From Bdellovibrionales bacterium (GTDB taxonomy: Bacteria; Bdellovibrionota; Bdellovibrionia; Bdellovibrionales; UBA1609): 64,000 bases of DNA. The DNA is taken from contig JAAOIH010000001.1 of assembly GCA_015163875.1 (NCBI GenBank), positions 81,641 through 145,640 of the forward strand. The letters run 5' to 3'. Shown piece after piece: positions 9,560-17,561 of this stretch. Numbering within the stretch: position 1 is the first letter of the stretch; every line of letters starts with the position of its first letter. The notes under the pieces were generated by a model. It had not been told where the DNA came from. It was given only the letters and a program-made list of their open reading frames with translations, and did no database searches. The translations under genes and the position numbers were made by a program.

Positions 9560-9594
9560 TTGGATGAAATCTTAATTAGATGAAATCTTAATTT
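9541..9594 (+). repeat. 16-bp tandem repeat x3.4 spanning the polA stop codon
   Basis: taattggatggaatgc / taattggatgaaatct / taattagatgaaatct / taattt. Copy 1 encodes the polA C-terminus (NWMEC). The TAA stop (9557-9559) opens copy 2. Confidence 0.9.
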
Positions 9595-9605
9595 GCAAAA
9601 ACATA

Positions 9606-9631
9606 AAAAACAGAAATTTAATTCTGTTTTT
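9606..9631. terminator. AT-rich hairpin between convergent polA and the lipoprotein gene (possible bidirectional terminator)
   Basis: AAAAACAGAA (9606-9615), loop ATTTAA, then TTCTGTTTTT (9622-9631): a perfect 10-bp stem flanked by A and T runs. Low stem stability. Confidence 0.4.
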
Positions 9632-9640
9632 AATTATTAA

Positions 9641-10543
9641 TTAGTTTTCTTTTTTAGGCATCATTAACAAAGCTGCAAGCATTAATAAAATAAATCCACC
9701 AGCAAGACCAAGAAGTAATGACTGACTTTTTAAATTTCCAACAAAAGATGCAACTTTTCTTTTAAATGTAGGATTAGCTTTGTGATTGTTGCTACCATAG
9801 TAGCCCCCCTCGTCAAATCTTAAAGTACTTGTTCCTATAGTTGTGCTACCCTGTTTAATTTCAATTTTAACATCTTTGTTATATTCAGAGTTTTCTCTGC
9901 TTCTCCACACCTTAACCCTTAGCCTTCTGTTAGTTGACAATTTTTCTGGTTCATCATCAGTATTAGCCCTTTGATACCATAAAAACGAACTTACTTCTGC
10001 AATTGTTTTTCCAGTGTCACCATCTTTTCTTAAAATAAGAGGCGGAGTGTATGCAAAATCCTTACTTTCCCCAACTTGAATATAATTATCTAATTTTTCA
10101 AAATCATTAGCCCTGCGATTGTTCCCGTAACTATAATTCCATCTTGTTATTGCTATTGGCTCAATAAGCAACATAGAACTTCCCTCTGGAGGATATTGTT
10201 TATAAGAGTGAAGAGATAGTAATACTTTTTTTATTCTTCCGCAGTTTTGAATAATCCCACGATTAAATGCTATTCCAAGTCCAGAGTTTATAATATTTCT
10301 AGAACTTAAACTTCCAGTTAATATACTAAATATTCCGTATGCTAATAAATCTTGTTTAATTTTATTTCGAGAGTTACCACATAGTCCGTAACTTTTTAAA
10401 AACTGTGTATTTTTTATGTTTAAATCACCAAACCATGTGCTGTAATCACCGCGACGACCACCGCCATTGCCGCCACCAAAGCCACCATTCTCTCCACAAG
10501 AAATTAATGTAATAGTTAATAATCCTAGCATTAGTTTTTTCAT
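9641..10543 (-). CDS. hypothetical lipoprotein with Gly-rich N-terminus and C-terminal hydrophobic anchor
   Basis: Signal peptide plus lipobox (LTITLISC), then GENGGFGGGNGGGRRG. The C-terminus LLLGLAGGFILLMLAALLMMPKKEN is a hydrophobic helix with a basic tail. No family recognised. Confidence 0.6.
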   Translation of the reverse strand: MKKLMLGLLTITLISCGENGGFGGGNGGGRRGDYSTWFGDLNIKNTQFLKSYGLCGNSRNKIKQDLLAYGIFSILTGSLSSRNIINSGLGIAFNRGIIQNCGRIKKVLLSLHSYKQYPPEGSSMLLIEPIAITRWNYSYGNNRRANDFEKLDNYIQVGESKDFAYTPPLILRKDGDTGKTIAEVSSFLWYQRANTDDEPEKLSTNRRLRVKVWRSRENSEYNKDVKIEIKQGSTTIGTSTLRFDEGGYYGSNNHKANPTFKRKVASFVGNLKSQSLLLGLAGGFILLMLAALLMMPKKEN

Positions 10544-10636
10544 GATATGCCCCTTAATTACAAATTTTTAATTGTTAAATTAGTATAAAGATTATCGACT
10601 AATTAGTGAAGAAAATAAATATAAATAAGGTCTAGT

Positions 10637-11836
10637 TTAATCAAAGCTAACACTAACGCTTTTAGACAAAGGATAAGCCTGACAAACAAGACTTTCTTTT
10701 TTGCTAATATTAGAATCATCTAAAATTCCTAAATCTTTTTGTTTTACACAGCCTTTAGTAATAGTTGCAAGGCAAGACAAACAGGCACCACTTAAACATG
10801 AATATGGAGCATCAATACCAGAATCAATAATAACATCTAAAATTGTTTTATTTTTTACATAGTCTAAAGTATGGGTTTGTCCGTCTATATTTACAATAAT
10901 ATTTTTAGTTTCTTTTTGCTCAGAATTTTTATCACCAATTAAAAACCCAGCATCAGTGTTTTTGTCACCAATTAAAAAATCAGAATCAGTGTTTACAGAT
11001 TTTTCTTTTATATTAATATAATTTGATTCTAGCAAAAGTTTAAACGGATTATCCTGCTCGCCAACCTTGTTAATATCAGAAACAAAAGATTCTATATGCA
11101 GTCGGCTTTTAGAAACCCCTAAAAATAATAAATTTTTAATATGCTCTGTCATATATTGTGTTGGCCCACACATATAAAATTCTTTTTCCATTAACGCATT
11201 TAAATGTTGGTTAAAAATATTTTGTATTAAATTTCTATTTAATCTTCCAGAGTATGTAGTAACATTAGATTGAGTGCATGGAATTTGTCCATCATTGCAC
11301 TGACTTAAAGTATAAATTAATTTAAACCTGTCTTTATATTTGTCTATTAATTTTTCTAATGTTTTTGCAAATAAAATTTCTTCTTTATTTTTATGAGAGC
11401 AAATAAAAATTACTTTATCTTTTTTATTTTTATACAATATTGATTTTAATATAGAAAATAAAGGCGCAACACCGCTGCCAGCTCCAAATAATATATATTG
11501 TTTTGGGATATCTTGTGAACAAGTAAAAAATTTACCTTTTGGAGGGCTTAATTTTACACTGTCCCCCTCTTTAATTTTATCTACAATATAAACAGATAAA
11601 TTTCCGCCATCTACTTTTTTAATACTAACTTGAATATAATCTTCATGAGGGGCAGACGACATTGAGTAACTTCTTTTAATTTCTTTTCCGTCGACATTTA
11701 TATAAATAGAAGTAAATTGCCCAGCTGTGTAACCAAGATTTTTATTAGAGTCTGTTAATTTTAAAATTAAAGAAACAGTAGTTGGGCTTTCTATAATTTT
11801 TTTTTCTACAATTGCTGATAATAAATTGTTTTGCAT
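10637..11836 (-). CDS. FNR-family oxidoreductase fused to a C-terminal plant-type 2Fe-2S ferredoxin domain (PaaE/VanB-like architecture)
   Basis: FAD motif RSYSMSS (RxYS). NAD(P) motif GAGSGVAPLFS. C-terminal Cys pattern C-x4-C-x2-C-x29-C (SCLSGACLSC...LVC). Confidence 0.8.
   Translation of the reverse strand: MQNNLLSAIVEKKIIESPTTVSLILKLTDSNKNLGYTAGQFTSIYINVDGKEIKRSYSMSSAPHEDYIQVSIKKVDGGNLSVYIVDKIKEGDSVKLSPPKGKFFTCSQDIPKQYILFGAGSGVAPLFSILKSILYKNKKDKVIFICSHKNKEEILFAKTLEKLIDKYKDRFKLIYTLSQCNDGQIPCTQSNVTTYSGRLNRNLIQNIFNQHLNALMEKEFYMCGPTQYMTEHIKNLLFLGVSKSRLHIESFVSDINKVGEQDNPFKLLLESNYINIKEKSVNTDSDFLIGDKNTDAGFLIGDKNSEQKETKNIIVNIDGQTHTLDYVKNKTILDVIIDSGIDAPYSCLSGACLSCLATITKGCVKQKDLGILDDSNISKKESLVCQAYPLSKSVSVSFD
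10926..10991 (-). repeat. 33-bp in-frame tandem duplication inside the oxidoreductase linker
   Basis: tttttatcaccaattaaaaacccagcatcagtg / tttttgtcaccaattaaaaaatcagaatcagtg. On the coding strand this gives TDSDFLIGDKN / TDAGFLIGDKN between the reductase and ferredoxin domains. Confidence 0.9.
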
Positions 11837-11856
11837 AATATTTAGTATTTATATTT

Positions 11857-12795
11857 TTATATTAAATCCAAGCTAATTATCTTGCATTTTCCACCTAATA
11901 GATACTCTTTTTTTTCAACATTAATTAATAAATCACCACCTGGCATTTTAACAGTTATCTCTTTTGAGTCTTTGTATTGATTTACAAAAGTTTTTAAATA
12001 ATAAGACAAAGAGCAAGCTCCAGTTCCGCAAGATAAGCTAAAGTTTTCAACACCTCTTTCAAAACTAATCGCTTTTAAAGTTTTTGGATTAAACAAAGTA
12101 ACATTAAATCCGATATCACCCTGATTGCGAATTTTTTTTATAATTTTTTGTAAATTATCAGAAAAATTTTGTATTTTATAATCACCCAAGTTTAAAGATT
12201 TTTTTTTTAAAGAAGGTGCATTATTAAAAAAATTTGTAAATATATCTAAAAGATTAATATCTTCTGAATAAATTGGAACAAGAGCATGCGGTACACCAGT
12301 ACAAACATAAATTACAGAATTATAAATTTTTGGAATATTTTTTAAAAAAGCCTCTGAATAAATATCTTGCAAATAATTATCAAAAGAATTTTTTATTATT
12401 TCTGAATTTGGCATAGAAATAAATGGCATATTATTTTTTATGTAACCAGATTGTATAATATTATTAGGCCCTAGTAGTAAAAATTCTGTTTTTTTGTAAT
12501 CTGATTTTTTTGATAAATAATAAACTAAACCTCTGGCAAGATTTCCACACATTTTAGCACTGCTGCCGTCTGCATTAAAAAACTTCCACTGTAGATCATA
12601 ATTTTTAGATGCAAAAAGTATAGCCATGCCGTCTACTTTATATTGGCTACAAATATTTTTTATTTTATTTTTTTCTAAAATATTATTTTTGTCATAAAAA
12701 ATATTTTTTAAAAAATTGGACTCGCATACAACAAAAGTATTTTCGGTGCTGTTTATATAAAAAAGAGAATCAGTGTTATTGATAAAATTAGACAA
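11857..12795 (-). CDS. dapF: diaminopimelate epimerase
   Basis: The two catalytic-Cys motifs FFNADGSSAKMCGNLARG and SLSCGTGACS. At 312 aa it is somewhat longer than the typical DapF. Confidence 0.75.
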   Translation of the reverse strand: MSNFINNTDSLFYINSTENTFVVCESNFLKNIFYDKNNILEKNKIKNICSQYKVDGMAILFASKNYDLQWKFFNADGSSAKMCGNLARGLVYYLSKKSDYKKTEFLLLGPNNIIQSGYIKNNMPFISMPNSEIIKNSFDNYLQDIYSEAFLKNIPKIYNSVIYVCTGVPHALVPIYSEDINLLDIFTNFFNNAPSLKKKSLNLGDYKIQNFSDNLQKIIKKIRNQGDIGFNVTLFNPKTLKAISFERGVENFSLSCGTGACSLSYYLKTFVNQYKDSKEITVKMPGGDLLINVEKKEYLLGGKCKIISLDLI

Positions 12796-12985
12796 TGTAA
12801 TAAGTGTTTAAATAAAAATTTGTATAATGTATTTATAAATGTCTTTTTGTAAATTGTTAAGCATACGAGAGAACTTAGAAGTTTTTTTTAAAATTTTCAA
12901 TTTAGAAAAATAAAAATAACGCAAAGCAATAACTACAATAACTACTTTTACTTTACTTTTAATTAATGAAAGAAAGTATGTAGGT

Positions 12986-13681
12986 ATGTTTTTGTCTTCT
13001 AATTTTCCATTAAGCTGGCACAAGCTCATGAAAAAAGAGCTTTTGGATTCTTATTTTTTAAACTTAGAAAACTTTTTGTCAAAGCAAAAAAAAAGTAATA
13101 AAGATTTTTATCCACCACAATCACTTATTTTTAAAGCTTTGTTAGAGGTTCCTCCAAATAAAGTAAAAGTAATAATTTTAGGACAAGACCCATATCACGG
13201 ACCTGGGCAAGCAGAGGGATTAAGTTTTTCTGTGCCCAATGGAATAAAACGGCCGCCATCTTTAAGAAATATTTTTAAAGAATTATCATCTGACACAGGG
13301 GCGCCGTTTAAAAGTTTAGAAAATAATTCTTTATTGTCGTGGACTAATCAGGGTGTATTTTTATTAAATTCTGTATTAACGGTAAGTCATGGTAGCCCCG
13401 CCTCTCACTCAGGGATTGGTTGGGAACAATTTACAGATGCAGTAATTAATAAATTAAATGATGAATATGCTAATTTAGTTTTTATTTTATGGGGAGCCTA
13501 TGCACAAAAAAAAGCAAATTTTATTGATACTAAAAAACATTTGGTTTTATATTCTTCACACCCATCTCCGTTTTCTGCACATCGTGGGTTTTTAGGGTCA
13601 AAGGTGTTTTCTAAAACAAATTCTTATTTAATTAAAAAAAATAAAACTCCTATCAACTGGCTAAGCGTTAAGGCAGAATAA
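12986..13681 (+). CDS. ung: uracil-DNA glycosylase (family 1)
   Basis: ILGQDPYHGPGQAEGLSFSV and HPSPFSA loops. The N-terminus PLSWHKLMKKELLDSYFLNL aligns with the E. coli Ung N-terminus. Confidence 0.93.
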   Translation: MFLSSNFPLSWHKLMKKELLDSYFLNLENFLSKQKKSNKDFYPPQSLIFKALLEVPPNKVKVIILGQDPYHGPGQAEGLSFSVPNGIKRPPSLRNIFKELSSDTGAPFKSLENNSLLSWTNQGVFLLNSVLTVSHGSPASHSGIGWEQFTDAVINKLNDEYANLVFILWGAYAQKKANFIDTKKHLVLYSSHPSPFSAHRGFLGSKVFSKTNSYLIKKNKTPINWLSVKAE

Positions 13682-13704
13682 TATTTATAAAAGATTAATA
13701 TAAA

Positions 13705-14766
13705 ATGAAAAATCAAATTTACAATATTAAAAAAAAAGATAAACAAACTAAGGTTTATTATGCCAAAACTTTTAAAGATATTAATTTATCTAAAATAATA
13801 GGGGTTGATAAAAAAAATATTTTATTAATTTACGATAAAAAATTAGAAAGTCTTGAGTCATTTACAATATTAAAAAAACAAAATTTTTACACTTACTCAT
13901 TAAAAGCTGGCGAGGCGTTAAAAGATTTATCGCAATTTTTATCTCACATGTCAGCCATACATAAAAAATATTCAAACATCGTAACAAGACATACTCATAT
14001 TGTGTCTGTTGGAGGTGGATCTGTAGGTGATTTTGTTGGCTTTTTAGCAAGTGTTTGGAAAAGAGGTCTTGGCTTAACTCATATTCCAAGTACTTGGCTT
14101 GCCGCAGTTGACTCATCTCACGGTGGAAAAACTGCTTTAAATATAGGCTTAGAAAAAAATCAACTCGGAAGTTTTTATTGTGCTGAAAATATATTAATTA
14201 TTAAAGACCTATTGCAAAGCTCATCTTTGCAAAATTCTTATGGCGAAATTTTAAAAATATCTTTTTTGCAAAAACAATTGTTTAGTAAATTAAAAAATAA
14301 ATCTTATCAATCAGATACTTTTATTTGGGCTTTGTTGCCAAGCCTAGTAAAGGCTAAATATTTTTATATAACAAAAGACCCGCTAGAAACAAAAGAAAAA
14401 AGAGTTTATTTAAACTTAGGCCACACAATTGCACATATTTTAGAGCTACATTTTTCTATTCCACATGGAGTTGCAGTAATACTTGGTTTAGATTTTTCTT
14501 TAAATTGGAGTTTTCATAAAAAATTAATTTCTAAAACTGCATTTAAGAAATATTCATTTTTATTAGAGCCGTTAGTAAAAAAATTTAAATCAAAAATTAA
14601 GATACTTTCTAAAGAAAAAGCTACAAAATTATTACTGCAAGATAAAAAAATAAAAGATCAAAAAAATATACAATTTATTTTTTTTGCATCAAATGGACAT
14701 TTGATTAAAACAGTAAGTATAAATTCATTAATTAAAGAGCTACAAAGGGAAAATTATATAAAATAA
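13705..14766 (+). CDS. aroB: 3-dehydroquinate synthase
   Basis: VGGGSVGDFVGFLAS, AAVDSSHGGKTALN and LNLGHTIAHILE motifs. Adjacent to aroA. Confidence 0.85.
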   Translation: MKNQIYNIKKKDKQTKVYYAKTFKDINLSKIIGVDKKNILLIYDKKLESLESFTILKKQNFYTYSLKAGEALKDLSQFLSHMSAIHKKYSNIVTRHTHIVSVGGGSVGDFVGFLASVWKRGLGLTHIPSTWLAAVDSSHGGKTALNIGLEKNQLGSFYCAENILIIKDLLQSSSLQNSYGEILKISFLQKQLFSKLKNKSYQSDTFIWALLPSLVKAKYFYITKDPLETKEKRVYLNLGHTIAHILELHFSIPHGVAVILGLDFSLNWSFHKKLISKTAFKKYSFLLEPLVKKFKSKIKILSKEKATKLLLQDKKIKDQKNIQFIFFASNGHLIKTVSINSLIKELQRENYIK

Positions 14767-14769
14767 ATT

Positions 14770-16026
14770 ATGAAATTTTCTTTTGTTGGAAAAATTCCCT
14801 CTTCTAAATCTTTGCTAAACAGAGCCTTAATTTTAAAAAGCTTTAATAATAATTTATTAATACAGGGGCTTAGTAGCTGCGATGATGTTTTGTTAATGAA
14901 AACAGCGTTAAAAGATTTTTTAAAAGGAAAAACAGAATTTTGTTGTGGCTCTGCCGGTACAGTTTTGCGTTTTTTAGCCTTAAGATTATCTAAAAAGCCA
15001 GGAAAATATTATTTAAAAGCAAGTCAGCAATTATTAAGCCGACCAAACGATGAGCTAATTAAACTGTTGTCTCAATTATCTTGCAAAGCATCTTTTGACA
15101 AAAACGGCTTAAATATAATATCCAATGGCTGGTCATTAATGGGGGACAGTGTTTCTATTTCTGCCAAACAATCAAGCCAGTTTATTTCTGCATTTTTGCT
15201 TAGCGCGTGGAATTTAAATTTTCCATGTTATATTTCTTTAGGAGATAATATTTTTTCTGAATCTTATTTACAAATGACAATGCAATTATGCAAAGATCAG
15301 GGAATGAAAATAGAATATAATAAACAAAAACCTTATGAAATTTATATTCCAAAAAATCAAAAATTAAATGCCAAGCAAATTATTATAGAACCAGATATGG
15401 GGAGTGTATTTGCATTATCTGCTATAGCCTGTGTAACTGGCTGCATTCAGGTTACAGATTTTACAATAAATAGCATTCAAGGCGATGTGTCTTTTATTAA
15501 TTATTTACAAAAAATTGGAGCAGATATAGATATAAAAATTTTAGACAAGACAACATCTATATTAAAGGTAAAAGAATCCCAAGCATTTAAAACAAATTTT
15601 TCTGGGCATTTATTTGTAAATCAAACTAAAAAAGGATTTAGCGCCTCGCTAAAAAACACTCCAGATTTATTTCCATCACTAGCCACACTGGCCTGCTTGT
15701 TAACTGGCGAAAGTGTATTTACAGATATTTCACATATTGCACATAAAGAATCTAATCGTTTATTAGAAATAAAAAAATTACTAAATTTATTAGGCAGGGG
15801 CGTGGAATTAAAAAAAGATTCTTTTATTATTAAAGAGTGGGAGTATGTGGGGGCATCACCAGCACTTAAGCAAAATATTATTTTTGACACAAAAGAGGAC
15901 CACAGATTAGTAATGGCAGCTTATGTTTTAATTGCAGCGGGATTTAATATTAAGTGCTCTGATGAAAGTTCTGTTTCTAAAAGCTTTCCAGAGTTTTTAG
16001 CACTGACTAAAAACTTAAAAAACTAA
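14770..16026 (+). CDS. aroA: 3-phosphoshikimate 1-carboxyvinyltransferase (EPSP synthase)
   Basis: PSSKSLLNRALIL, GSAGTVLRFL, KESNRL and TKEDHRLVMA motifs. Confidence 0.88.
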   Translation: MKFSFVGKIPSSKSLLNRALILKSFNNNLLIQGLSSCDDVLLMKTALKDFLKGKTEFCCGSAGTVLRFLALRLSKKPGKYYLKASQQLLSRPNDELIKLLSQLSCKASFDKNGLNIISNGWSLMGDSVSISAKQSSQFISAFLLSAWNLNFPCYISLGDNIFSESYLQMTMQLCKDQGMKIEYNKQKPYEIYIPKNQKLNAKQIIIEPDMGSVFALSAIACVTGCIQVTDFTINSIQGDVSFINYLQKIGADIDIKILDKTTSILKVKESQAFKTNFSGHLFVNQTKKGFSASLKNTPDLFPSLATLACLLTGESVFTDISHIAHKESNRLLEIKKLLNLLGRGVELKKDSFIIKEWEYVGASPALKQNIIFDTKEDHRLVMAAYVLIAAGFNIKCSDESSVSKSFPEFLALTKNLKN

Positions 16027-16095
16027 TTGCGATGTTAATTTTTTAAAACTTTTTTATAGATCTTATTTTTATTAGCAAAATATTTTTTGTACAAA

Positions 16096-16947
16096 CTATT
16101 TAATTTTTACAACTATTTTTGTACGAACATCAATGTTGCTAGTAATTTTTTTATCATAGTAAGTTTTTCTTGGTAAAAAATTGTTTAAAATTCTAACAGG
16201 ATTTTCATACCTAGCAACCGCATCTGCTTCTGAATAAATATCATTTCTAGTTTTTGGATCACCAAATATAGTGTGGCCAAATTCATGAGAAAGTATCGCA
16301 ATATGATCAATTTTTTGCTTACTTTTAGAAAATAATTTATAATTTAAAAAATTTTTATTAATTGCAATAAAGCTACCAGAGGCTCTGGTGTTAGAGTCTG
16401 TTTCTGCAATATAAAATTTTGAAAACGCAAGGTCTATTAAAAAATCATCTGTAGGATTAATAACAGGCTTCCCGTTTATATTTGATACTTTATAATATTT
16501 TTTTTGAATTAAGTGTAAATCTACATTAACTACCTTTTGTACCCACAAAGCACCAGAGGTGCTCATTGCAAAATTGTATAAAAAATTTTTTAATTTTTTA
16601 GAAACAGGCTTTGAGTTATAAAAAACCTCCCCAGGGATACTAGATAAATGAAGTTGCTTAAATATAATCCAATTTTTATAACGACTTAGTAGTTCGTTTT
16701 TTTTATCACGAGTTTTACAATAATTTCTTTGAACTAAAATATTGTTTTTTAAATCTTTTGTAATAGTAATTTCGCCACCAGATAAACTTTTAAAAATATT
16801 TAACTCTTTGTTTAAATCCATTATTGGTTTAGAGGTGTAATTATGAAAATTATCAAAGCAAAATGCAGAGACTTCTTTGGCCCCTAAAATTGTACAAATA
16901 TTTAATAAAATAAATATTAAAAAAAACTTGTAAGTGTATGTTTTCAT
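16096..16947 (-). CDS. hypothetical secreted zincin-like protein (HExxH)
   Basis: N-terminal signal peptide MKTYTYKFFLIFILLNICTILGAKEVSA. Single HEFGH motif near the C-terminus (AILSHEFGHTIFGDP). Family not recognised. Confidence 0.55.
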   Translation of the reverse strand: MKTYTYKFFLIFILLNICTILGAKEVSAFCFDNFHNYTSKPIMDLNKELNIFKSLSGGEITITKDLKNNILVQRNYCKTRDKKNELLSRYKNWIIFKQLHLSSIPGEVFYNSKPVSKKLKNFLYNFAMSTSGALWVQKVVNVDLHLIQKKYYKVSNINGKPVINPTDDFLIDLAFSKFYIAETDSNTRASGSFIAINKNFLNYKLFSKSKQKIDHIAILSHEFGHTIFGDPKTRNDIYSEADAVARYENPVRILNNFLPRKTYYDKKITSNIDVRTKIVVKIK

Positions 16948-17002
16948 ACATTACTTTAAGCAAGTTTTATGCTAAATTGTGTTTTATTTTGAGACAGTAT
17001 TC

Positions 17003-17068
17003 TGCACAAGCACCGCACAGACACCGCACAGACACTGCACAGACACTGCACAGACACTGCACAGGCGA
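17003..17068. repeat. 11-bp tandem repeat x6 (tgcacagacac-type), GC-rich relative to its surroundings
   Basis: tgcacaagcac cgcacagacac cgcacagacac tgcacagacac tgcacagacac tgcacaggcga. It lies 10 nt downstream of the lspA stop and 56-121 nt upstream of the HExxH protein ATG (16947, minus strand). Confidence 0.95.
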
Positions 17069-17078
17069 TGTAAAAACA

Positions 17079-17555
17079 CTATTTTGGCTCTGGAATAAAA
17101 ATTAATACACTAACCCCAATTACAATTACAGCATCTGCGATATTAAAAACAGGCCAATAATATAATGATTTATAATGTACATCTAAAAAATCAATAACAT
17201 ATCCAAATTGTATTCGATCTAAATAATTTCCTAAAGTTCCAGAAAAAATAAAAGACAAAGCAATTGTGTATGTCCATGATGCATTTTTTGCCCTTTTAAG
17301 TAAAAATAAAATAAATAAAGCAGCACATGGCGCAAGAAATAAAAAAAACCAATCTCTTAACGGCGAATTTCCTTGGCTTAGTATGCCAAAGGCTGCGCCT
17401 TTATTTTGCACATAACTTAAATTAAAAAAATTATTAATTATAGGATTAGTTTCGCCAAGTCTATAATGAGTATGAATATATAATTTAGTAACTTGATCTA
17501 AAATAATTAAAATTATAGAGACAAGGCCAAAACATGTGTGTTTTTTTGTTAGCAT
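17079..17555 (-). CDS. lspA: lipoprotein signal peptidase (signal peptidase II)
   Basis: NKGAAFG, LGNYLDRIQFGYVIDFL and VFNIADAVIVIG motifs. Four TMs. Conserved ileS-lspA pairing. Confidence 0.9.
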   Translation of the reverse strand: MLTKKHTCFGLVSIILIILDQVTKLYIHTHYRLGETNPIINNFFNLSYVQNKGAAFGILSQGNSPLRDWFFLFLAPCAALFILFLLKRAKNASWTYTIALSFIFSGTLGNYLDRIQFGYVIDFLDVHYKSLYYWPVFNIADAVIVIGVSVLIFIPEPK

Positions 17556-17561
17556 AAGTTT

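Noticed and set aside
12808-13029. 73-aa minus-strand ORF between dapF and ung
   Set aside because: It overlaps the ung start and lies in the divergent promoter region. It has no SD and a K/I-rich composition, so it is probably non-coding.
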